From Lama guanicoe (Eukaryota), in the NCBI GenBank assembly GCA_013239625.1, contig MU053881.1, positions 12,290,879-12,354,878 on the forward strand: a stretch of DNA of 64,000 nucleotides, written 5' to 3'. The notes below the pieces were generated by a model that saw only the letters and a program-made list of their open reading frames with translations, was not told where the DNA came from and made no database searches. A program made the position numbers and the translations under genes. Positions within the stretch are counted from its first letter, which is position 1, and every line of letters begins with the position of its first letter. Shown piece after piece: positions 13,046 through 24,092 of this stretch.

Positions 13046-13656
13046 CTGATCAACCCTGACAAACACCCTCTGAGTCTGACCTTTCTGTTGCCCATTTCAC
13101 TGCCTATTAGCTGGTTTTCTCCCCGTCCAAGCTCCTCGTTTACAGTATTATTCCATGAAGAGGGGACACAGAACCAATTTCATACAATCCTGCAGGAACT
13201 CCAAAATGTCCCTCTGTGTCGGGCCCTTGAACCAAATCAAACCCTTCAGCTCCTGCCTGCAGGCTTCTCAAATCCATTCTAAGGAAATCTCAACTCTGAA
13301 CATTGATGGGGAACTGTTGCTCAGTCAGCATCAAACTAGATATTTAATGATGAACTATATGCCCTTGATAAAAATATTCAATTGCATCTCCTGGCGTTCG
13401 TATCTTGTTTTAGAACACCTCTCAAAGGGATGGCAAAAGCAGAACCAATTTTAAAAACTATCTTCTTCTCTAAACGAAAACGTATCTAAGCAGTGAAATT
13501 CAATGTTTACACTGAATTCTTTTTCAAAGGAACCATGAGCCTCCTGAGGACAGGAACCATATATTTTGTTATCCTGAACACCCACCACAATGTTTGGTAC
13601 ACTGTGTGCTTCCAATATATGTTGGGCAGGCTGACCGACTGAAAAAAAAGGTGCTG

Positions 13657-13672
13657 AGATAGATATAGATAT

Positions 13673-13723
<51 letters not shown>
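13657..13723. repeat. (ATAG)n tetranucleotide microsatellite
   Basis: 12 perfect ATAG units at 13673-13720, preceded by degenerate units. Confidence 0.98.
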
Positions 13724-13724
<1 letters not shown>

Positions 13725-13858
13725 AAGACCAAGGCTAAAAACAGCACAGGTGAGCAAGCGTCATCACATCTATTTGCATATCATTTCCCAAAACTAGTGG
13801 AAGTGTTTTTAATGCTTGCCTTGAACAAGGCTCTGAGAATATGAAAGTAGTGACTTAC

Positions 13859-13903
13859 TAAGCCAGATCCCTTAGTGTCAAAACATAAGAAACTCAATTG
13901 TTC
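13859..13903 (-). other. candidate 45-nt exon (unverified)
   Basis: Minus strand: gtttaggttttgcag|GAA...TTA|gtaagt. Phase 0 reads EQLSFLCFDTKGSGL, which I do not recognise. Confidence 0.15.
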
Positions 13904-15529
13904 CTGCAAAACCTAAACACAGTTTGAAGTGACAGCTCAGAAACTTAAGGCTTAACCGTGTCAGCTGAACAGTTAACTTCTTTATTTGAACCAGACAATA
14001 TATTTGAATCACATCTGCTAATCATTCTACCCTATTTCACAGTAGAGGCTTCTGAGTTATACACCAGGAGCATAAATAATTCTTGTGCATTTAAGCTTTT
14101 CTGAATATAAGAAATTCCAAACTCTCTCATACAGGGAGGGATGACTTAGAAAGTCCTTGTGATCCAGAGGTTATCACTGCTGACTCTCTGATGCTTTTTC
14201 TTCCGTATTTTTTTTCACTTAAGATCATAGACGATTTCGCTTAAGAAAGGGATCCTATACACTGTTTTGTAACTTCGCTTTTTTTCATCTTCTTCGTCTT
14301 TCTCTAATGCCTGTAGTTTTTAAAATCAGATAAAACTCAAATGATTAGCGGGCAAGCTGCTAATAACAACCAACTACTGCTTATTTTTTCATAAGTAATC
14401 AACAAGTTCACGGTGTGACTATTTCAACACCCCAGTCCAGCTGAGGCAATGTAAGCAGAAATGGCTCTCTGTGCAGAAATACATTGAAACCCAAAACTCA
14501 AGTATTTTAGCAGAGCTCAAGAGGCTGTCAACAAAACGTTGACATTTTCAACATAGGCTGACCTTGGGTGACTCGGATTGACCCAAACCCTTTGCTTACA
14601 AGATCAAAAAGAGTCTCTATTACCATATCAGTTCACCAGTTGGGATGATGACTTTCTGACATCAGGAGTGAGAGTAGGGGAGGGAAGAAGGAAAACACTG
14701 CACATTCAGACACGGTGGTGTCTGAATCACCAGCAGATTCCCAGACATACTACGGCATACGAGCCCATCAATTACACAAACTCCAGCACGTTCAAATAAA
14801 ACAATAAACAAAGAAAAGGTCACCATATAACAGCAAAACAAGTCAGGGAAAACAGCTGCCAGTGTCAGGCAATGCTTGATCCAATCTAAGGCAGAAAATA
14901 TCAGGAGAGATTAAGACAGCTTATTGGCTTTAAATCTGCCCGTGGTGCTTCCCCTCAGAATTTGCAGTGCCCAGAAAGGCAGCAATCAAAACCAGTAACC
15001 CAGTGGCCCTTTCGACCTCAGCTCTCCCTCCCATAATGGGTTGTCAGAGTATTTGTGGGCTCAGAAGCCTGGAGTTCGGGTTATGGTCTGTGAAACATTA
15101 GAATGGGCTCTTGGCTAAATCTGTGATTCACAGATTCTCTGTGAGGCTTTCCTTGGGGAGAAAGCGATTTGATCCGAAGCTCAGGTCCAGAGTGAAACTC
15201 CATCTCAGGTGACATAAAGAGTGACTCAGGTTATGCTGGTCTGTCTGAAACCCAGATAAATGATCATGATATTTTCAGTATTCAGTTTCAGAGACTGGTC
15301 TGACTTCATTGCTCAGAGTGCTTTGATTAAAACGAGAGCAAGGCAGTTAAAAGTTGAAGTTATCATATCTTTAAATATTGAGATAAATAATTTATACCAT
15401 TAAAATGTTATTTAAGTTGAAGTTATCAAAATTCCTGCCACTACCATATTTTGAGTGTTTTCACACGTACCCCTGAAACTTAAAGATTCTCCTCATGACC
15501 TGTCTATACCTTAATGATGAAAACTGACA

Positions 15530-16410
15530 GGATCGTTTCACTCCCCTACCTAAAATCCTTCAGTGACACCAAGGTCCAAATTCCTTATTATGTCTAAATA
15601 GGTCCTTCCTGATCTGGGCACAGCCTTGGGGTCCCCTCCTCAAGAACCTGCAGTGTACAAGATACGTTCAGACGGATACTGCTACTTACAAATCCCCAAT
15701 TTATGCCACACTTTTCCTCATCACTCTGTCTTTGCACATGTTGCTCACCTGGCCAGGTAAACCTTTCCAAAGTCCCCAGCCTTCCCTGTGTCCCAACTCC
15801 ACCATCTTCCAGGCAAATCTTTACTCACCACTGCTTCAATCAAACAGAGCCACAAGGTGCAGCTGGCTTTGGAGCTGGCCAACTTGGATTTGCATCCTGG
15901 TTCTACCATCTAGTAGTTACCTAACTTCTCTGTGCCTTTGTTTCCTCATCACCAAGATATGAAAAGGAATAACACCTAGAGATGCTGAAAGGTTTAAATG
16001 AGGTAGGACTTCAACCAAGTAGCTTTTGAGAACACACTAAGCGTTCGAAAACAATCAGCTGTTGTCACTAGCATCTTCATTATCATGCCCTCTTAAGACC
16101 CCGGTTAAAGCTCTTTTCATTAAAAGAAAAGAAAACAACACAAAACAAAACTCTTTGCCAAATATACAACCTCTTCTCCCAAACAAGGGCATAACTCACT
16201 CTTTTGTTCTCCCCCTGAAACCTGGGCGTACTTCTAACACAGCTCTCATGCTGAATCACAAGTACTGCTTTTACATAGCCTTTCTCCCCACGAAAGCTTC
16301 CCAAGAACAGGAACCACGTCTCATTAATATTGTATTCTCAGTGCCTAGCAGAGCTTGACACATGGGAGATACAAAAATAAATATTAGCTGAATGAATCAA
16401 TAATTGAATA
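15530..16410 (+). mobile_element. L2 fragments (about 15530-15830 and 16250-16410) interrupted by a MIR (about 15860-16050)
   Basis: L2 motif 'cactcccctacctaaaatccttcagtg' and L2 3' end 'cagtgcctagcagagcttgacacatgggag...gaatgaat'. MIR core 'ctctgtgcctttgtttcctcatc'. Confidence 0.7.
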
Positions 16411-16539
16411 AGTTCCTAAAAAGCCAAGTGAAAACCAAATACTGATCAATCAAGTCATGTTTAACTACTGTAAGGAAATTTGACATTCAGAGAAATCATA
16501 AGGCAAATTCAAGGACTGGGTGACAGTCATGGGAAGCAC

Positions 16540-16740
16540 ATAGTTTTAGGAGTCAGGACTGCCGGAATTAGAATCCCAGCTGCTCTCTTACCAGCCTTAT
16601 GACGCGGGCCAAGTTATTCAACCTCTGGGAGCCTCCGCTTCATTTTTAGGTAAGAAGACAGCGCCTACCTCCTAAGTTAAACAGCAAATAACAAGATATA
16701 AGCAAAGACCCTGGGCCTACAAGCAAGTGCTCATTAGTTT
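16540..16740 (+). mobile_element. MIR
   Basis: 'gaatcccagctgctctcttaccagccttatgacgcgggccaagttattcaacctct'. Confidence 0.75.
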
Positions 16741-17275
16741 ATTATTTCCCCTGGCCTTTAAAGAAGAACTATTTTTATGAACTTCTTTATTACTCCATTA
16801 ATCTTTGTGTTAAATCTGGATCTGGTAGAATGCTTCATACAACTGTACCATTATAGGGGTCAAGTTTTTGTTTTCTTGTTCTATATCCACATCCTTAAAC
16901 ACCTAGACATACACACCCCATCTTCTGTCTACCAGGGGACCAAGTGTCTGTATTTGTGTACCCTGGACAAGAGTTCTTTGCTTTAATTCAACTGCTATAT
17001 TTTCCTTCTGCTCAAACCACTAATCTCAATCTCAGAATTTGGAGGATAAGTTAGTGATCATTATACGAGGTTCCAGGAATGCATGCTTAGACATAACCCT
17101 GTGAATCCTAATTAATATATTCTTTACCACTGCATTATAAATAAACTGATCAGCAAAGAGAGACAACAGAACTAAAGGAAACAAGACAACTCTCATCTCT
17201 TCTGCTAATTTGACTGGGTCTGACTGTGATGACATAAATCTTTTAGTCACTCAGTTTTTAAAAACTGGATTAAAT

Positions 17276-17474
17276 GGGGGGAGGAGTAAAGCTCAGTGGT
17301 AGAGTGCATGCCTAGCATGTATGAGGTCCTGAGTTCAATCCCCAGTACCTCCATTAATAGTTTATGGAGGTACCAATAAATAAACTAATAAGTATATTAC
17401 ACTAATAATAAGTTAATAATTATATGACATTAATAATAAATCTAATTACCTCTTCCCCCCCAACTTTTTTTAAA
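17276..17474 (+). mobile_element. Vic-1-like SINE with an internal fold-back insertion
   Basis: Head 'gctcagtggtagagtgcatgcctagcatg...gttcaatccccagtacctcc' and tail 'ctaattacctcttcccccc'. Degenerate TSD tggattaaat/tgtattaaat. Confidence 0.9.
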
Positions 17475-18532
17475 TGTATTAAATATTTTTTTCCTACAAT
17501 AAGATAAATTACTCATGCATTCCAACAGAGTGTACAGGTTTGGCAGGGAAGTTTTTTGTTTTGTTTTATTTTAAAAAAGGAGGGCGAGAATGACAGAGTT
17601 TCTGATTTCACAAGTTCAGGGCATTCCCAACTTAGCCCTTACCATTCTTATTCTTCATTTGTGGTGAAACAATAAAGGGAGCATGTAGCATATGATATCG
17701 ATGTTGCTATTCATAAACAGAGAAACTGCATTAAAACTACCCAAAACCTCAAGAGCCACTGAACAGACTTGAATCATATATAGATATCATTAATGCTCAT
17801 TTAGCCTCTAAAGCCTAATTTTAATAAAACTGCAGGGGTGGAGAAATGGGAACCCCCATATAGTGAGTCTGGACACACAGTGTCATCTATCTTGTGACAT
17901 GAGGTCACATCATCCATTGTGTGTGTTACAGAAGCAGGTGTCATTAAAATTAGAAAACACACAATCCCCTTTCAGCTTCTCCAAAACCCAAAAAAGTCAC
18001 AACTGCTAAAGAGTAGATGGTTTACCTTTGCTAGTTTCCAGTTCTTGAGGACATCAACAGATACACAGGCTAACATCTGTATTTGGCTTATCAGAGGAAT
18101 GGGGAAAGAGGAGTAAGGAACTTGGCAAAAGTCTCTAACACTAGACTCATGCGGCTATTAACAAATGCCCCCCAAGCAGCATTTAGGTCCAAAGAAATGC
18201 AACTTTATTTGAAGCATAAGCTATGAAATAAAGGAGTTGCCGCATCAATGCCACACAGTGAAAATTAATCAAACTGAAAAGAAAAGTTGATCTGTCTTCA
18301 AGAGAAAAGGAGGGTGTTGTGTAATATCTTTAATATATGGATGGCTGGGTAGAGTAAATGACTGTCGCACAGGTTTATCTGTAAACACTGCAGTTAAGAC
18401 TGGGGTTTTTAACCACAATAAATGGCTGGTTTCAATCAGCTGCTGCTAGCAGGAAATCCATAGCCCATAGGAGCAATTACCCATCTCCTGACTGAAGCAC
18501 AGGGCAATTACAAGCTACTGAAGTACACTCAC

Positions 18533-18559
18533 GATCCTGGAGCACTTGACTGTATGGTG
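18533..18559 (-). other. candidate 27-nt microexon (unverified)
   Basis: Minus strand: tttcttgtcccatatccattag|CACCATACAGTCAAGTGCTCCAGGATC|gtgagt. Length 3n, no internal stop in any frame, in apparently non-repetitive sequence. Confidence 0.22.
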
Positions 18560-21333
18560 CTAATGGATATGGGACAAGAAACAGTGGTTTGCAGCTACAT
18601 TTCTCAGCTTCCACCCCTCCCCAAGCCCTTTCATATTTCTCGTCTCACAAGACGGCAGCACAGATAAAGAAATTGTGGTGTGCAGAAGCAGTATCATCTC
18701 CACCCAAAACACAGACATCAGGGTTTTCTCTCCCCCTAAGCCCCCTAGAGCCCCTTAAAATTATTAACACTCATCCGGACTTTTCAAAATGCATCATGCC
18801 TTCATCTGTGGTTCTGCAGACTTCTTACCGAAATTAGCCAAATTAGGACTTCTCATCTCAAGGAAATGAAGAGAAACTTGTCAGGGAAATAAATGGGGAA
18901 ATAATTACTCTTTAATGTCACTGTACAAAATATGTCAACTAGGCATCCTTAGAGAAGTAACCTAAGATTAGAGAAAGGAAAATAAAAGATAGTAAGTGGT
19001 CTATTAGGTTAACCCTACATTCTCATTACATTTCTTTCTCAGGGAAGACCTATAGATAAGAAATGTTTTGTGCTGAAAAGTTCATTGTATGGGTTTTATG
19101 GAAACATGATGACCCTCTAATTCCAGTGTTCATAAAATGCTTCTTTGGAGAAAATGCAAGTAAAATTTAGGATCTTTAAGACACTAACTGCTAAGGCTTT
19201 CAACTATGATATGACTTCACTTGAGTTATTGAAAACAAAACAATAGAAAGATGCTCTGACGGATGTAAAATGGTCAGATATCTTTGATGACACTAGATAT
19301 TCAACACTGTGACAGTAAACCTCATTTTTATGAGAAAATATTTCAGGTCTTTTGTCCCTTGGTTCACAGATGCTCCGTTTATCCTACGTTATACCTTCAC
19401 AAGGTATCGTGTGTGTTACGACATTCACTCTGGTGTCCTTAGCCTCCCGGCTCCCTACCTCTTCCCGCTACCTTCCAAAAAACTAGCCATGAAATTAAGG
19501 GAAAATATCCAGCTTAAAGGGCAAGGATTTCTAGTAGCAGAAAAAAAGAGTGGGAAATGAATTATTTCAGACCAAAAGCAATTATATTTTGAAGGCAGAA
19601 GCAGACATCTTCTGGCACAACTGTCAAGATGTTACAAAAAGATTAAAGGAGTTTTTTTTTTTGTCATTTAAAATCTGTTTCTGGTTCTCAAAAAAAAAAA
19701 GGTCTGCTGTTCAGTTTGTGATTTTTAATAAGATTTCTCAATAGACTCACTGCTTTGAAAAAAAATAAGTGTGAGGGAAAAAGAAGCAAAAAAAATCGAA
19801 GGCCACGCAGCAAATACAGCCATGACTTTGATACAGTATCATTCATTTTCACCATGCTGGTGGATTTAGACAAGATTTTTGTAGGAGGTTATACCCTATA
19901 CAATAACCTGTCAACAAAATATACTTTTCGCAGAGACAGTTCTGGATTTAGGCTTCTGTTGGGGTTAAAGCAGAAACACCAGATTAATTCCTTTCAAAAC
20001 TCTGGGAACTTTTGCCCAAGGAGGCAAAGGATGGTATTTTTCACTGCTAATAGTGTGCAAACCTCTCCCTAAGCGTCAAAGGTCCAGATACTCTTTCGTC
20101 CCCATTCTCTGGGGGTATTGGCTGCCTCAATTCTCTGTTAAGCACTGCTTATCAAGCTCCTGCCTGAGAGACACAAGAGGGTGTCCTGAAGACCTAACTG
20201 AGGTTATTCGGTGAAAGGGGTCATGATTTCTAGTGTGTCCTCTACCCTGTTCCCCACCTGTAGGACGTGGAACTTGTTCTCAGCTGAATCCTCTCCACAG
20301 CAGCTGAGCAACCACCAAAAGATGGTTTTTTCCATCCTTCACATGCTCCCCATCTTCACTGCATTCTCCATCTCTCTCCATTGTTGGAGTTCACCATACT
20401 CTTTTCCAAGGCTTCTCTCCTGGTTTTCATGTCTTCATCCTTCCTGTCTGTGAGCATGGTGAGTCACAGCCTTGGCCCTGACATACTCACTAAGTGAGGG
20501 ACAGCGCAGGTGGAAGATAAGTTCATGACTTCATTTTCTCTCATCCTGTTCCCAGTTTGCAAGGATTCCTTTCTTGTATAATGCATGTACGGAATGGGGC
20601 TGGGAGCTGTGGGAGGCCACACCAACTAAGTGTGGGAGATGACTCATCCACTCAAGGAATTTGCAGTATTTTGAACAATACAAGACTTTTACTTGAAAAA
20701 CAATTAGAGGGCAGTGTGTGATGGTGATCACCTGCCAAATGGTATGATGCATGTAACAAGATCTACTAGCTTTCTGGAAGGGGCAGAGGGAAAGAAATGC
20801 TTCTACTTAATCCAGCCCTGGCGTTCATTTCTCACCCTGTGAACTCATTCAGATGTCAACCTACAAATGTGACTTTGAAAAGGAACAAGTTCCCAACTCT
20901 CCTCCTCTGAATTACAACCCTGGTGACCTTTCTCCTTCTTTTATTTCCCCTTGAAATTTTCTACCAAAGCTACCATCAAATTTGACACAGGAATCCATTT
21001 AGAGTGTATCTCAGCTTCCTCTAAGATATTTACAAGCCTAAATATGCCTTAACCTTCCCCACTTTCCACCTTGAAAAAAAAATGTGAGAATCAAACCTTC
21101 AGCATCCAAGTAAGGTCAGCAAACTGAAAATTTTTAACATGAAATTTTGTCAATATACTTTTCTCATTCTAATGTTCCCCAGACAGAAAAGATAAAATCT
21201 GAAAGAGACTATTTTGAAGTGAGGAAATACAGTGACGCTTCCAGGAATTTAGGATCAGAAAAATACTTATTTCGCATTTAACTCAAGATATGCCTTTGGC
21301 CAGTCACCTTTACAAGATATTAAGAGGGGAGTA

Positions 21334-21460
21334 GGGGAGGGTATAGCTTAGTGGTAGAGCATGTGCTTAGCATGCACAAGGTCCTGGGTTCAATCCCCAC
21401 TACCTCTACAAATAAATAAATACCTAATTACTTCTCCCCCAAAAATAAAATATTTTTTTT
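21334..21460 (+). mobile_element. Vic-1-like SINE
   Basis: 'ggggagggtatagcttagtggtagagcatgtgcttagcatgcacaaggtcctgggttcaatcccc' plus the family tail. Confidence 0.92.
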
Positions 21461-21669
21461 AAAAGTGGGGAGGGGAAAAGATGCAAGTTAGGTCTGCATT
21501 TGCTAATTGCTAGAGTTTGTTGGGAAAGAGATTGAATGTACTGAGTAATTTCCTTGAAAAATTAGCGTATTTTATATTTCCCAATATCAGATTGGAAAAT
21601 ACAATAAAACAGAAAAGAACAGGAACAGGAAGACTAAGATGTGAAAAAGGAGGAACTTGAAAAAGAAAC

Positions 21670-21915
21670 ACACAATTACTGAGCACCAACCATGTGCCAG
21701 ACACTTGGCAAGTGTCCCTTATACATTATCTTATGTGATCCTGACAGTGGCAGCTGCACACAGGGTTGTAGGACCTTCGTTTTACAGATGATGTGCATGA
21801 GGATTAGGGATGTAAAGTAACTTGGTCAAGACCACACAGCTGAGACAACATACTATAGAACTAGGATTTGACTCAAGATCTAACTCAGACTCTTGTGTTC
21901 ATTGCACTATATTGC
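21670..21915 (-). mobile_element. MIR, near full length
   Basis: 'tactgagcaccaaccatgtgccagacac...ttttacagatga...aagtaacttggtcaagaccacacagct...ggatttgactcaag'. Confidence 0.85.
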
Positions 21916-22389
21916 TTCTCAAAACAACCGATCATTCCTCAGGGGGGTCCTTCCAGAATAGTCACGACAAAAACACATTCTGGGTGTCAACTAGACAGCC
22001 TTCTACGGGGGAACTTCTAGGCTCAGCTAACCAGGGGATGCAGTGAACAGATGGGAATGTATCTGACTCCCCGCCCCCACCCTCGTTGCCTCTAAGATCT
22101 CCCTGCACATCCACAGGCAAAAGCCCAGGTGGCTGGGAAGGTGCAGGATCTCCAAGGTGGATGGAGATCAGGGAGGAAAGTGTGGGATGCTCAATCAGCC
22201 TCCAGTTCAGCACAAACCGACTCATGACCCAGTAACCACGTGGTGGGAAGAATTCCCGACAGAAGCCTGCCCACAGCCACCAAATGGTCATAGTTCCCCA
22301 GGGCAAATGGACCTGCCGAGTGTATCTAATTGGGAAAAAAGGCTGGCAAGCGTAGGAGCAAGAGAAAAAGGGTGCTCAGAGTGTTTTGT

Positions 22390-22500
22390 GTTTGCCAGCG
22401 CGCGGTTGGCATTGGGGTGACCTGCCGTGTTGAAACGGGACCGGCTCGGGGCGGGGGGAGCCGCGGGAAAGCGAAGAGAATGCGGAGGATGAAAGCGAGA
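22390..22500. promoter_or_regulatory. small CpG/GC-rich element with a GC box
   Basis: Cluster of retained CpGs in an otherwise CpG-poor region, with GGGGCGGGG at about 22448. Confidence 0.45.
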
Positions 22501-23829
22501 CAGACAAGTCAGAATTTCTCCCTTTTGAATTTCAACCTGTTGGATAAAAACAATAGCAAATGAGGCACTGAATATGCATGAGGCCTGGAAGGTATTTTAA
22601 GTTTTTCAGGAGACAGCTCGCTGAACGGAATTGCTAATTATGTCTCACATTGCTCTGTCCAATTCAGTTAGCTTGATTATGGCTGAGTTGTCAACTCCCC
22701 TGCACTTGAGGTTCCACGGTTGCAGCCCATTCTGAGGCTTAATACGGAATTAGAATTATCTTTTTCCCAAAAAGAAAAAGTGTTTTCCCTCACTGAGGAG
22801 CTAGCTTTATCCATCGTGACAACATAACCTTTCTCAGCAAAAATAAAATTAAAACCACCAAGGGTTCAGATTCCGGGTTTGGGGAGTTGGTGGAACATGG
22901 GAATGGAATCACAGCTGTGACAATTGCAAATTAAGATTGAACAATGAGCCAAATTAAAAGGGTGAGAAAGAGCAGAACACCATATGGAGTATCTCGCTGC
23001 TACCCCCACAGGATGTCTTTGATTTCTTAGGAGGAGGAGGATTTGCCAGCTGAGATGTGGACTAAATAGAGCCCTGGAATCTCACTTTTTTTTTTTTTTT
23101 TTTGGCCTAACCTGCTCTGGCTGCCTAAGTCAAGGCAGTTGAATTTCCCATTTCCTTTACTTAATTTCTTCACATCTAAAATGAGCTAAACCTCATTTTA
23201 TGAAGATTTTATGATGTGATAGTGGTGCTAGTTCAAGAGAGGGGTGATGGGTGAAGTAGGGGTCCTCACTGGACAGTTAGATGAAGATACAGAAAATCAG
23301 GACCTTGGAAGAATTCACTCTAAAGATATAAAGAATGGGGTATGATAAGCTTAATCCAATAAAATGTCATTAGATTAATTTGGTGTGGTGCCCTTGGTTA
23401 AATTCAATCATTCTCAGCCAAGTCCACGGAGGACTCATGTCTGAAATGGATGATGGACAATAGAAGGTGTAGAAAGATGAACAAAATGAGGACACAGCAG
23501 TCCTGCTTGGGGACCAAAGAGGGAAGGAGCAAGGTTCCCACCTTGCCCCAGAGAGCCACACTGCTCTGGGGACATGGGGGTCAATGCATGCATGAAGGCA
23601 TACAGTAAGAGACAGCTGCAATGGCGTGTTCGCCATGCTGGAATACACAGAGGGGCAGGCAAACACTGCAGCAGCCAGTGGAGCAAGACAGTTCAGTGGA
23701 ACGGTCTTTTCTGAGAACATTTGCTACACATTCTCAGAAAGTACAGGAAATGGTCCAGGGAAGGGGATGAAATATTTCTTAAGAATGTTGAGGTTTATGG
23801 CATGTCACTGGGAAGATACCAATGCAATG

Positions 23830-24092
23830 TAAGATGCCTGAGGCTTTTCTGCTGAGGAGCCATGCAAATGAGAACCAAGCCACCCAGCCAATTTCTAGGC
23901 ATGTCAAAGAGGCCATGGGAACCTGCCAGCTGACAACAATCGTATGAGCAAGTCCAGCCAACACCAGGGAGCTGAGATGAGCCAGCCGAGCTGAGCCCTG
24001 CCCGACTGCAGAAGTATGAGTAAATAAATGGGTGTTGTTTTAAGCTACTATGTTTTGGGGGTACACATCACACATACCAAATAACTGATACA
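23830..24092 (+). mobile_element. MaLR LTR 3' part (MLT1G/H-like)
   Basis: 'gctgagccctgcccgactgcagaagtatgagtaaataaatgggtgttgttttaagctacta...ataactgataca'. Confidence 0.8.

Noticed and set aside
19751..19823. Minus-strand MAVFAAWPSIFFASFSLTLIFFQS followed by gtgagt, resembling a signal-peptide exon
   Set aside because: The hydrophobicity comes from T homopolymer runs, and there is no supporting promoter or downstream ectodomain exon.
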